Below are positions 50,481-63,600 of a DNA stretch of 64,000 bases, one piece after another. The stretch covers positions 313,365-377,364 of the forward strand of contig NIVC01001024.1 of the NCBI GenBank assembly GCA_002269645.1. The letters run 5' to 3'. Origin of the DNA: Macrostomum lignano (Eukaryota). The first letter of the stretch is position 1, and every line of letters starts with the position of its first letter. The position numbers and the translations under genes are program-made. The notes beneath the pieces were generated by a model that saw only the letters and a program-made list of their open reading frames with translations, was not told where the DNA came from and did not search any database.

Positions 50481-51425
50481 TTGTACGGTTGCAGTTAAGG
50501 AATTCTGGTCAGCAATTTTTGAGTGAACTTGGCGCCAAACATTATAACGAAACTTGCACCATTCGATCAGAAATTGACGGTAGTAACATATACAAACTTT
50601 TTCGAAAAACATATGCTTTCTTGCAAAGGTCAAGCAAATTTTTTGACTGTAAAACTAATTTGTGATTATTGTGTAGAGCCAAAACGGACTGACTTAATTC
50701 TGATTCTGAAAAGGATTGTATCACAACCGTGACTCCGACTTGAATTGCGTCACAGTGCGGAAAACAGTGCAGAATAGCAGCATAGCATAGTGCACGACTG
50801 ATTTAGATTGCTTAACCATATTGTTAACTTTAATAGACTGCTACTGACTGACTGAGAGGTTGATTATGTCAAAACTGCTTCCTGTGACTTTTGCTCTAGC
50901 CGACTTAGTATGAATGTAGATTTATTACGTGCTACAATTCATGTCTTAAAATGCAGCAACGTGGTTTCAAATTTTGAAAATTTTGAAAATGCTGAGATGC
51001 TGAGATAAGCAAAGCTCATGGATGGTGGGAGAGTTGTTGAGATGTCAATTTCTCTAGGAAATCGTTGAGATTCTGAGGTAAGAAGGATGGAGTGACGCAA
51101 AGGGGCGGTTGCAATAGGGTGATCATGGGTATAGTACAGGCTGCATGCAACCAATATCCACGAAAAACTCTTTACCTTAAAAAATCACCGGGCGTGCACT
51201 TGCTTTCCTTACGTCACTTTAGCGTAAGAGCAGGTAGGGCTGAGGACAGCCAGCAAGGCAGGATTTGGTGAGCTCAAATCTATAAATAGCCCTTTGCCGA
51301 AGATTGAAAACCACACTCGTACAAGACATGATTAAAAATTATTTGTTTGTATTTCGGTCATATAGAATTTACTCAGCCGCTTTGAAACGCAACACAGCGG
51401 GCTTGTTGCAATTTCACGCAATCTA

Positions 51426-52928
51426 CAGGTGGTCCAGGAAGGTCTCCCAGATTACAAACAGAGTTTTCTCTGCACTGGATTGATGAATTGGGCTGAAACT
51501 TGACCTGCTTAAACTTTATTCTGAATATGATTTTTTGTCTAAAAATCTTAGCAATTGCTAAAAAAATCACGAAGTTACAGCAGTTTTTCTAAAAAAACAC
51601 CGTTTTCACTTACTACTGATGAGCACATTTCATTCCAGACTTACACGACTTACACGCCAGTTGAAAGATTTAAAATGGCATCCTGGCTGGATGAATTGAA
51701 GAGTCCGCTGTTGTTCCAGCGGCGATGGCGTCGTGAGTTCAATTTGGCTGCCAAACAACGCCCTCCAGATGCTAAGACCATCAAAGATGCACTTAAGGTG
51801 GCCTGTGAGTTTTGTTTGGCTCGACGACCAATTTCTGGGCGTCCACGGACTGCTCGTTCTGCTGAGAATGTGGAACAAGTTGTTCAACACTTCAAGGAGC
51901 GACCACAACAGTCAGTACGTCGTGCGAGTCGGGAGCTGAAAGTTAGCCATCAGTCCATCCTTCGTGTGCTGGATAAGAGTGGCTTTCACCCCTATCGCAT
52001 GCGCCGTCAACAGGCAATGAATGAGGCCGGCAATGAGGCGCGAGTGCTATTCGCAACTGATATGCTGGAGATGTTTGACAGTGATCCTGAAATGTTAACC
52101 AACATCATTTTCTCTGATGAGGCTCATTTCTCCCTGCATGGCCACAATAACACCTGGAACTCGCGGTATTGGGCCATTGAAAACCCAGATTTCTCTATCC
52201 AGATGCCCCTTCACAGACCACGCGTCTCATGCTGGGCTGGAATTTGGTCCCACGGCATTGTTGGACCTTTCTTCTGTGAGGATGCGCAGGGTGCAAATGT
52301 TACGGTGAATTCTGAGCGGTACGTGGAAATGCTGGATCCAAAGTTTCTGCCTGTGGTTCAGAATTACGAGGCATTTGTTGCTGGTGACTTGTGGCTGATG
52401 CAGGATGGTGCTCCAGCCCACATCGTGCTTAATGTGCGTGAATGGATTCAGCACAACTTTGAGGAGCGCGAAATCGGACGCTATGAGACAATTCATTGGC
52501 TTGCACCCAGTCCTGATCTCAACCCTAAGGACTTCTTTGTCTGGGGATGGGTGAAGGACAACGTCTACCGACAGCCAGTGGACAGCCTGGATGAGCTAAG
52601 GCACGGAAAACGCAGCTAATGCATGATATGCCAGTGGATTTTGGTGTCAACAGCCTTAATAGCTTTAAGAAGCGCCTGCAGACTTGTATCGATAACAAAG
52701 GTCATCATGTGGAGCACTGACTAACAGTTGCATAGCAGATTGTGCTAAAACCCTACTGATTTAACAAAAAACTGCTGTAACTTCATGATTTTTTAGCAAT
52801 TGCTAAGATTTTTAGACAAAAAATATTTTCAGAATAAAGTTTAAGCATGTCAAGTTTCAGCCCAATCCATCAATCCAGTGCAGAGAAAACTCTGCTTCTA
52901 GTCCGGGAGACCTTTCTGGACCTCCCTG
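51426..52928 (+). mobile_element. Tc1/mariner DD41D (rosa-type) transposon with ~165-bp TIRs
   Basis: TA TSD at 51424-51425 and 52929-52930. The TIRs match over about 165 bp. Confidence 0.93.
51675..52720 (+). pseudogene. DD41D transposase with a C-terminal frameshift
   Basis: Motifs SGRPRT, IIFSDEAHF, QDGAPAH and SPDLNPKDFFVWG, with 41 residues between the last two catalytic Asp. A 1-bp deletion at ~52598; the shifted frame ends FKKRLQTCIDNKGHHVEH*. Confidence 0.9.
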
Positions 52929-53334
52929 TATTTTGCTAAGCTGAAGTGAGATTCTTATCGTGTGATGGGTTGGGTTTCCGGTCCAAAAATATCAATGCGT
53001 TCATTCTACCCTCACGTTTGACTATTTAGGTGGCTAGCTGGTAGTGCAGTTCATACGAGCCATTTATCTGCAACAGCTAGGTAGAGCTAGGGGCAGCAGT
53101 GTATACTTTGCACGGATGCATTTGCAAGAGGCCATAAACAAACTTACGAGTTTAAATATAAGCTGTTAGTCAAAGCTTCACAGTGTCGCAGACACAAAAT
53201 TAGTCAACAGCTCTTGAATTTTTAATAATTCACTCTAACGTGCCAAGTAAGTTTTTACTGCCTGCCTGCTGTGTCTATTTTGTTTTCGTTTTAAATAACT
53301 AAAACAAGTTTTTCAAATGCAAACGCTAATACGA

Positions 53335-53412
53335 AGGTTATCTCTATCTGTCTCTCTCTTTCTCTCCTCTTTTTTCTCTGTCTTTTTCTTTCTTTCTCTC
53401 TCACTGAATCTA

Positions 53413-53471
<59 letters not shown>

Positions 53472-53535
53472 ATCTCTCCGTCTGTCTCTCCCTCTCTCTC
53501 CTCTCTTTGTCCTTGTCTCTTTCCCTCTCTCTCTT
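53335..53535 (+). repeat. (CT)n microsatellite and CT-rich flank
   Basis: Directly visible. Confidence 0.95.
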
Positions 53536-53621
53536 CTTTTTAGTTCGCTTTCAAAGTTATTTGGCGGTCTGTGCATCGGGAGCTGCGGATAACGGTGGTA
53601 GGGGAGACGGGGAGACAAGGA

Positions 53622-53808
53622 ATATGAGGAGACATGGAGATGGAGGCTCAAAAGTAATTTGTGACAAAAAGAAATAAGTAAAGAAACAGTACAGCTCGTA
53701 ATTAAACCAAAAAGGGAAATACTAAATTGCGACCATGCCAAACCTTTTTTTGCTTTTGTCTTTTTGTCACAAATTACTTTTGAGCCTCCATCTCCATGTC
53801 TCCTCATA
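53622..53808. mobile_element. MITE-like hairpin, 187 bp
   Basis: Perfect 48-bp inverted arms (53622-53669 / 53761-53808) that begin and end with TA. Confidence 0.75.
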
Positions 53809-54713
53809 ACTCAAAATAAGTTTTGAGACTTTGCCGCAACAGTTCGTTCTTTATTCAATGTTAAACTGAACATTGTATACCAAAACTCTGTCACAGAAAC
53901 TCTTGTTTGAGTTTGAGATTTGTCTGAGAGCTCATTCTAACTCTGGTGAGACTGGTATGAATTCAGTTCCCCGTTACACTATTTAGGGTTGCTATCAGGG
54001 GTGAGATTTTCACTGAATGCTTGAAATGGTCTCTCCTCCTCCCTCCACTTCTGTCCGCCCCTCCTATCCTCGTGCTCTCCCTCCTTCCCTTTCCTCTCTT
54101 CCTTCTCCTTTCTCATTTTAAGGAAGAGACCTGCACCAGTGATTTCGGGGAGGTGAAAAGGCGTCAACTTTTCATTTTATAAAAGCAAAATCTGAAGCAA
54201 TTGTTCGCACTTTGCTGCTTCTATCCAACCAAAATACACTACTGTCAAGTTTTACCGCGAATAGTAGCATCTTGTCTTGAACAGATTGTTTCGATCCCGT
54301 AGCCACATTTTCCCCACTAAGGCTTGAATTACTGGCTCAATTGACGTGGAAAATGATTTATCCCCTTTTGGACCCGCGTAATATGCAGCTTAAACTGGGC
54401 ACCCGATGATATCAGTAGCGAATGAACTCAAGGTCTTACTGGCCGCATCGGCCGCCGCCAAAGAATCCGCCGCCAAGTGGAGCACTGTACTGCTGTTGCT
54501 GCTGCTGCTGGTGGGGTCTTGTAGCCTATGGTTCATTTATCTTGCCGGGCAACGCTTTTGCCCCCATTCTGGAGTGTCTCTTTATTTGTGTGGCTATTTT
54601 AAATACACCCGTTGCAAGCCCTCTCTCCCTTGCTAAGTTTGGCGAAGCAACCACGAAATTATCGTTTACACTTTCAAATTTCCAGCTAAGCCGCCACCGT
54701 TCGGCCTGTCTTA

Positions 54714-57700
54714 ATGAGCGAGGTCACCGACGTGAAAAAAATTATACGCTTAAGACCGTCAAGTAGGTCTTTTTTGAATGATGAATGTAGTTTAAATTCC
54801 CATAGAAGAGTTTTTACCTGTCGAACTTTTAGCTCATTCTTCTGAACTTTACGAAAGGAAGGTTAACACTACCAAACTGTTGTCTTTATTATTGCTTTCA
54901 GCTCTTCTTGAAAGTAGTTCTGCCGATGATTTCAAATTTGAAGATGAACTATGTAAGTTTTACAATCAAGTTTTGCTAAAATTTTTCCTTGCAAACGAAC
55001 TAAAATACGCGATGTACAGATTTTACACTGTTGAGACTGGTAGTTTCAAGTAGAATCCTGTAGCTATTTCTGCTTTGCTCAGAGCGGCGACCCTTACTAC
55101 TAGAGTTATAGAACTGAACTAAGCTACAATAGCAAAGAAAACATGCTGGTCTCTTGAATAGCCAACTATGAAAAACCCTATGCCAAATAATGATATTTAA
55201 GGTTCCCGAAGATTGGCTCTGTTCTTCGACGCTCGCAATGAGTCAGTGACAGATGAGTACGCCGACTTTCTAAAAGAGTGCAGTTTTAACGTAAAGAGGA
55301 GCCTGGAACAGCAGTATGAAAGCAAACTGGGCTCGTGTCTATCCGACTCCGTGAACAATTCCGAGGTCCAGCAGCTAATTGTAGTCGTGATAGCTGGCAA
55401 TGCTTTCATGAAGGACGTCCTAGATTTCATGACAATGGGTACATTTCCCAACTGCCAAAACAGATGTTTATTATTTTGTCGCGCTGGTGAAGAAAGCCTG
55501 GATGACACGAAACTTGCAAACGAATTTTCGAATGCGAATTTTAAATACAAGTGTACAACTATCGCTTACATCGTGGCTAAGGAAACTAAAAGCGTACAGG
55601 GCTTCTATAGAAGCTTCCTGGATGACTGCAGGTGCAGTTGGGAGACTAAAAGTATATTTTCTATCCTGGAGACGGCATTGAAGCTACCACTCGCTTACGA
55701 GTCCCTTTCTCTGTATCATAGAGAAGGAAAGCTCGGTGGAGATTTCCTGCGCGACATATTCAAATTTATCAGGGAACCCAAGAGCAACCTTGATGAAGTT
55801 GATGCCTTACCAGCAGCATCAGAGCAGACTGCTCAAGACAAACCGACTGATTGGATGCGCGAGAATGCCTCAATAATCTATCCGAATCGGCGCAATCTGA
55901 AAAAGCCTCGAGCGTTGGTCATCATCAAATATGACCGAGGAGACTCTCTATACTCTGCTCTGCAAGTTGACCGCAGCAGAGTTATGCGTATGCTAAAAAA
56001 TCTTGGCTACATTGTATCGGACGTGCAAACCCGCTCCAATGACGCCTTGAAAAGAAGGATCGAGCTTTTTTCAGAAGATACTGAACACGGTGACTCCTGC
56101 ATCCTTGTCGTGCTGTCCCAGACGCAGCAGCAGCTGAGCAGCTCTACTGTCATGAATTTGTACAAAAGCTTGGCTATTGGCGAAAAGCTCGAGGCCAAGC
56201 CCCGACTCTTTATTCTGCACGAGTGGGATGTCACAACACTGCAGACAGACTCTGTTACTGATGGTTTCAGCAGCAATACTTATGAGATCATTGAAGATGC
56301 TGTGGACGGTTTGCAGGCCTATTTTCGCAATCATGATTCAACCATCAAGGTTCATCCACACAGCGGCATGGTGTTCGGTCGATCAGTTAGTAGCGATGTG
56401 ACAAGAGCAGAGGGCAGCGCTTTTATTCAGACACTGTGCGAAACTTTCAGACAGTATGGTCACACAGAGGACGTGGCCTCTATGATTACCATAATTAATG
56501 AGCACAAACGACTAGATGAATCTGTGCCCAAGTGGTTTATTCAGACTGGCAAGCTCTTTTATCTCATGGGAACAGACGGAATCCAGGGTAAGAGAACTTT
56601 TTTTAGCTCAATGCATGTATACTTTTCAATTCGAACTTTGGCAAAAGTGATTTCAGTTTTGGCAACACGATAAATTATGACTGTCACTGTTACTGTCAAA
56701 GTGACTTAAAATTCTTTGTGATCAATATCATTGTAGTTCTGTAGCTCAGACTGCTTGTGCCACCGCCAACATTTTTTGGTGTTAGTGTGCGACACTGGTG
56801 GTGTAAATTTTGACCTAACGGTTCCTTCTAGTTGCCTTTAAACAATACAATCTTGAATGACAAATCTGTGATTGACTGCTTTGGCCGTGTTTACATTTAT
56901 GTCGAGGTACTTCACTAGTCGTCTTCAGTCTCTCCTTGTTGTTGTCAAAATTGGTCACTTTTGCCAAAGTCGAAATTGAAAAGTTACAACTATGCAGAAA
57001 TCATTATTGCATAATCATTTGCACTATTTTGCTTTTAGCTACCGGTCAGGAGGTTTCGCAACAAAGTCTACAGAAGAAATCTAAAGAGCCTAAACAAAGT
57101 CTAGAGAAGAAATCTAAAGAACCTGAAAGCGCCAGAATTGGTAAGTGGCATATTAAATTATCGAGAAACACCTCTTACGACGTAGAGATCCGATTCATGC
57201 GTTATAGCCATATAAAGCTATGCGCAACATCTTTGCAAGACTACTCACTTCTAATTATATCTGTTCCGTTTTGCTGCGATGCCAAACATTTTTATCCTAT
57301 GAAGAATTATTTCATCTAAAAACCTTCTGATAAGTACATGTATTTCAGAGAGATACGCTTGAGTTATAAACATTATTAGATTCATGTATTAAAGAACAAC
57401 TTTGCTTGCATGAGTCAATAAAACTCGCTAATCTCAGCAAAGCTCAGCCGTACTTGCACTTTTTAATTTCAGATCGAACAGGATTTGCGATGATTCTCAC
57501 CGAAGGACAGTTTGATGGGGCCAGAAACTATCAGATGTTTCTGGAGTATGCAGCCTTCAAAGTGCTCTTCGATTACACGGATGGCAATTCGAGCTCAATC
57601 AAGACAGCCATCATGCTTCCAAAAGAAACTGAAGGAAATGTTGTCCTTTATCTAGTTGTACGCACACATCGCAACGACATCGTCTTGCAAGAAATAGTCG

Positions 57701-58935
57701 ATGAACTTTCTAAACAGCAATCGTCTCAAAAGTGCAGCAGTAGCATTTTGCTTATCTTCTGCGAAGTGTCCGAGTCTGAAGAGAATTTCGCGAACACTCA
57801 GATGCCCGAGGAGCTACCCGAGAAGTTTAGCCTTGTCAGAGTTGGCGGGAGTCGGTGCGGCGTGATTGAATTTCTGGACTCCCTGCTGGAATCTCCCAGG
57901 AAGAACATCTCTCTCAATGGCAGCCTTGTGGTTGGTAGAGATTTTTCCTGCCACTCCTGCCATCACGGCATAATGCACTGCAAAGTCAATGATGAAAACC
58001 CAGGCTGGAGGAAGAGAATCACTTGGCTTGAAAACTTTTATATAGAAGAGAGTTCATCGCACCCAAATCTGTCTTCAATTGACGTTAGTGACGACACGCA
58101 GACGAGACCAGCAATAAGAGGTTCTCTCCGATTAGAGAGTTTCAGAAGCGAATGGAATGCACCTGGATTAGACACTCAAGAGTGCAAGGCTGTAGCCCTC
58201 ATCGTTCAAAACGTTGTCTTCCAGAAAAAGGAACTATCTACTCGGTTCGGAAGTCAGTACGACTGCCAGCGAATGGCTGACACTTTGCTCAGGCTTGGCT
58301 ACTCAGTGAGCATCAGGTCGAATCTCACCAAAGTAGAAATTGAAAGCGAATTAGACATGTTTTGCAGTGACGCACGACACGGCAGCTCAGTCGTAGTTGC
58401 TTTTATGTCTCACGGATGTCTCGGTGAAGTAGTTGGTTTCGACGGCGAATCAGCGAAGGAAAGTAAAATTCTAAAACGAATTTCCAAAGGAAACCGCACA
58501 AGTGAAAAGCAGCAATTGGTCATCTTCCAGAACTGTCTAGACCCTGGTCGATTGCCTAAATCAGAGCTGTCGTTTTTTCCTGGCATGATCGTCGCTCACT
58601 CGACTTCGCCGAATGAAAGCAGCTATCGAATGACAGACAGAGGCAGTCGGTTCATCCAGTGTCTGTGCACTGTTCTCGACCTGTTCGCCGACACGTGCGA
58701 CATTGCGTCAATGGTTCCTATCGTTAATTATGTGGTGCAAAACGCTACTTTTTATATGGGCATCAGCCAGCTGCCCTGGTGGTCTGTGCAGACAAGCAAG
58801 AAATTTTGGATTCGAGTCAATGAGCCTCCTCAAAGCAGTCGTGAATCGCGCCATCAAGCCAATTCAGCTAGGAACCAAACAACGAATGACTGCAGGGTTC
58901 AGGTGACGGAACTTCTTCAAAAAATGCGGTTGTAA
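54714..58935 (+). CDS. Multi-module caspase-family protein (~1016 aa): three degenerate caspase folds plus one C-terminal domain with the His/Cys dyad
   Basis: Exons 54714-54762, 54902-54952, 55202-56587, 57039-57140, 57473-58935. All introns are phase 1 GT-AG and the CDS totals 3051 nt. The last domain has ALIVQNVVF, RFGSQYD, SHG (58408-58416), QNC (58528-58536), SYR and GSRFIQ. The second domain is a full caspase fold with SQT/HEWD replacing SHG/QACRG. The two small 5' exons are less certain. Confidence 0.8.
55202..56587 (+). CDS. Exon 3: degenerate module A plus catalytically dead caspase domain B
   Basis: PRALVII...LGYIV...HGDSCILVVLSQ...KPRLFIL...GSAFIQTLCETF...KLFY follows the p20/p10 caspase topology without the dyad. 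Confidence 0.85.
57473..58935 (+). CDS. Exon 5: degenerate module C plus putatively active caspase domain D
   Basis: SHG and QxC are retained, along with the Arg/Gln residues corresponding to the Asp-specific S1 pocket. Confidence 0.88.
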
Positions 58936-59240
58936 TAATCTACGCAGAGGCAGTTTATCAATTTGACTATTGTGGTGACTGAATAGGTTTAATTGCTTAT
59001 ATTGTAGCTACCAGTGGCAATATTTTAATTCTTACATTTTTTCTTAGCGGTTCAAAATCTGATGAATTTCTGTGAGAGCGGTATATATGATTTTAACATT
59101 CAAACCATAAAAAATTTACTATTGACAACTGTTGGGACAATTAAAGATAACGCCTGTTTATAGGCGTTTGTAAATTTGTTTTACTTTGAAGACTTTTTAC
59201 ACAAATATTAAATTAATAAACTGCTAGTTAGCTTCTTGGT

Positions 59241-59574
59241 TAGAGGCAGGGGGCTGTTTACCCTGGTGCACTTTAAGCGACATTGTCACACAATCAGCGA
59301 GAGGCATTACTGCCCATTCCGCCGGCTCCCCTAAGCAGGCACACAAGCAAGCGCGCGGATATGTATACAGTCATTCGTAAAGGCACACACGCACACAGGG
59401 GTGTACAGTGGCTTTAACAATTTTTATCGCTAGGCATGTACACTTTACTGTGTCTTGAGGTTGGCCCTTAAGGCCGTTACTTGCATGAGCAGAGCCAAGC
59501 TGACTGCACTTGGAATCGAGTATGGACCGCTGGCACATCAGAACGCCGCGTTAGACCACAAGGCTACGGCCCCC
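59241..59574 (-). mobile_element. SINE family A copy
   Basis: Matches 30230-30600. The tRNA-like head ends at GGCTACGGCCCCC. Confidence 0.85.
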
Positions 59575-60698
59575 GTAATAAATTACTACGTAGTATAATA
59601 ACATAATTATTACAAAAGGAGCGTGTTTCCGTAAGTGCTTCGATGGAACAAATTTGTTTTTATTGTTTTAATGAAAGACGTTAGACTGACCATTCTAAAC
59701 AGTTTAAGCCAGTCTAAGTTAAAAACAGCAGCAGAAATGCTCTCGCTATAACTAACCGTTGCCGAATTTTTAATTGAGAAAAATGTTATCCTAGTGTATG
59801 TTTTCATTATTAAAACTAATTATAAATGATTACAAAGTTTTCCTGATTTTTAATGTTTTATTGAAAGAAGTATAATTAGCATTGGAGTACGAGTTGTATT
59901 TAATGTAATCGATCTTTTGAATTTGAATGTATCAAAATCGCAAACTGCGACTGGCCCTCGATAGTAGTGCATCACTGCATTAGATTTTCCTCCAGCTCTG
60001 ATTATTTTATTTATAGTAAACATAAAACTAACAGGCTCGTAAACTGCTGATTCCTAATTCAATTGTTATTTAAATGTGAACGATTATCAATCAAGTACAA
60101 CAACTAAGTTCAAATAAATCAAAGGAAACTAAGAGTTTTCCGCTTGTCACCGAATGTCTGCTTTTTTTATTTTGACCAACGTTTAGTATAACTTAGCTAG
60201 TTAATATATAGGTGTATCTACAAGTGTATAGGAGTACGAGTGCATATAGTAGTATAGAAAGTATATATACATGGTTACTAGCTTAGCTAGCTTAGAATTA
60301 GTTTTACATTACAAAAAAGCTTTATGGGATATTTTAACTTTCCATCCAACAATCCAAATTTCCCCCTTTCAGATGAATTACAAAAAAATTGTTATATAAC
60401 TAAGCCTTATCTGGTATTCGAAGAAACGATCCAACTCAGTATCGATGGCTGATTTTCCTGACACATTTGAGACCGAAAGCCCAGCTACTAGTAAGTGCAA
60501 ACCTACAATAAAATTATTTAGCAAATAAATTCGAACAAACATAGGCTGATTGATTCCTCTGAGTAATTTTTCCCACATTTAAATTTTCAGTATTGCACGA
60601 ACTTTCAACAGTTTCAGGTCTGTTAGATGTTTAAAACAAATTTATTACTTATTTAAAATCATTCTCCAATACTTTTAACAAGCTGCTTATGCTTCATA

Positions 60699-63600
60699 AT
60701 GGCAGAAACTACAGAAGCAAGTCGTGCTACTCGCAGTGCATTTGGTAAGATGCGCGCATAGGGGGTTTGGGGGGGCAGAGCTGCTCAGCGGTGAACGCGT
60801 CGGATCAATATTGGCCAAGAAGGGTTTGTCATGCGATTCAAACCCCGATGACCAGTACTCAACACACAGAGAGTGTACATGTTGGACGATTAGACAGTCA
60901 AGGGCCGCTGTACACCCTGTGGAGCATGTGTGTATGAATGTGTATTGGCGCGCTTGCATTTGCTCAGGAGTCAGAAAAGTTTTTAGGGCCTTCGGCGAGG
61001 GGTGCCACGAATATCCTACTAAATATTATAAAAAGTATCTAATTGTTTGTTTTTAAATATATTTGTTTATAGATTAATTTTTGTTCTAAATTGCAACAAA
61101 AACTTACAGGCATCATTCAAGATGTACAGGCAGTATCGAAGCTTCCCAGCTGGCAGGGAACATTCGGTGAGCATTTCTCAAGGAAACTTTAAGTAGAATA
61201 TTTTTTAATTGTCCTTTGCACTTCAACTATAACATACAGTTTTGCAAAACTTTTACAATTGTAGCTCATCAAAGGCTACTGCTAGTATTCGCTGATAAGA
61301 TCACAGCAGAAATGGACAATACATTGAATTTATGAGCTCATGTTGCGGCTTTTACAATGAGAAGCTCGCCCTGAACAGTCACCTTGCCGAATCCGAGACC
61401 CGTCTCGAGCACCAGTCAGGCAGATTGTCTGCCTAGTAATTTTCTCCGCTTCGCAGCCACAGCGCTACATGAAGGCCTACCTAGATTTTCTGAACCAATT
61501 TGACGAATCCGTGGATCAGCTACTGCTGTACTGCAACTTGTCCGAGACAGAGACCCAAATCGATCAGGATCTGCGAAATCAATTCTGCAGCAGTGCTTTT
61601 CCTTATCGAAAGTCTAGCATTGCTTACACTTTCGGAACTTCCTATGGAGTCGGACGATTTTTTGATAAATTTAAGAACGATTGCAACTTGAAATGAAATC
61701 GTACTGTTGGCCTTTGTGACGTCCTGCTGAATCACTTAATATGGACCAGTCGTCTGAACTTTACATTAAAAAGCCTAGAAGCGAAAAGTGCTTCTTCCCA
61801 CGCGAAATATTTTACCCTTGCAGCTCACAAGAACTGATCAAAATAGCCGGCATTGAGTCCTTCACCAACCGAGTTGACCCGGATACTCTGGCGTTATACG
61901 GTGATTTTATATATCTGAACAGCCGCATACAAAAGCCGCAGGCCTTGATCGTTCTAAACATCAAACTAGAGAGCGGCAAGACAAACAAGTCAATGCACGC
62001 AGACTGGAGGCGCCTTCTTTGGCTGTTTGATAAGCTCCAGTTCGAGGTCAAAGATGTTCAAACAGACGCGTCAAGCTGCAGTCAGCTTGAAGAATGCGTG
62101 AAGACTTTTGCTGATTCTGAGTTGCACGGTGACTCCTGCTGCCTGGTTGTGCTCTCCGAAGGCTGGCTAGAAAGCAGCTGCATTGACAGCATCAGTAAGA
62201 GCATGGCCTTCGAAAGCTTATCAAGGGTAAGCCGAGGCTGATCATCATTCAGGAGTACCAACCGAAGTCCTCACAAGCATCGGATGCTGCGCCGAAGTCG
62301 CTCCCCCAATTTCTGCCTGACGCAGTGGAAGCGATGCGATTGCAGTTCAGAAACGACAAGCCTGAGGTCAGAGTCCATCCGCTAAGCGGAACCGTATGGT
62401 GTCAGTCCGAAGCGTCGGACACCGAAAGCGACAATGCGACACTGCTGATTGAAATCATCTGCGAGACTTTCATCAATCACTCAGCCATCGAGGATTTGGT
62501 TTCGATGATTTCAATCATCAACGAGAGACTGCAGGACGCCCCACCCACTTGGTGTGTGCAGACTGCCAAACTTTTCTATGTTGGAAATACTGAGTTCACA
62601 GGGAGCGGAAGCGCTAGTAAGTTTATTTATGTCTTTAAAAAATGAAGGAGATTGTTTATTTCAATTTACTGTCAAAATAAATTTCAATTTCAGGCAAGGC
62701 TCAATCCGAAATACCCCTGAAAATCCTGCACCTGCAACCGATCCGTTAGCGACTTTGCAGACATTGCAAGGCTTAGCAGCAGAGTCGGACAGCTGCGTCC
62801 CATTCTCGATCAAAACAGTAAGTATGAACTAAAAATTTGAGACAAAGATCGATTTGGAGGTCCCAAAATTTTTGAAGCTATAAACTTAATGAATTTCAGA
62901 TCGCCCTGGAGTAGCACTGATTCTCACTGAAGGCTTGTTCGACAAAGTCCGAGATTATCAAATGTTTCTGGATTTTGCCGGCTTTCAAGTAATCTCGGAA
63001 CGAATCGACGGTATTGGCGCTTCTTTGAGAGAAATTGTGACTTCATCGGCCGCTCAAAGCCCTCTAGCAGTTGTGCTGATCGTCAAGAAGCACCAGGTCG
63101 GAGCCGGCGTAGATGATTTAATTGCGTGCATGTCGGAGACTGCAACCAAGCACGGAAACAGTTCCTACTCATCTACTTTGAGATACTAGGTGCTGATGAG
63201 CCGCCTTCTGAGATTCGCTTACCGAATGAACTGCCAGAGAAGTTCAGCATAGTTTGCTACCAGGGCACTCGAGACCGAATCGATCTCTGCCTCGACGTAT
63301 TTCTAAAAACACCGAGAAAGAAACTTAAAAACAGTCCAATTTGGTTATAACTTTGAGAAGCTACCTTACAAGAAAAAAGAGCCAAAAATGATGTACCGAT
63401 CCAGCGATAAAAATCCTGGCTGGAAGCTGGCGCTCAAATGGCCAGAGAGCCAAAATATCAGGGGTGACGACATCATGAAACAGGACCTATTCCGCACAGC
63501 CAGTATGCGAGAGAAATGGTTCCCAAAGAAACCAATTCCACAGAATGTCACTATGCAGAGCAGGGCTCTAATCGTTCAGAATGTTGTCTTCAAATCCGGC

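Noticed and set aside
58900-60750. Possible read-through splicing of caspase gene 1 (CAG|GTGACG near 58903) into gene 2, giving an eight-module protein
   Set aside because: The donor is weak, gene 1 has its own stop, gene 2 has its own plausible ATG exon, and gene 2 is disrupted. No sequence support without RNA data.
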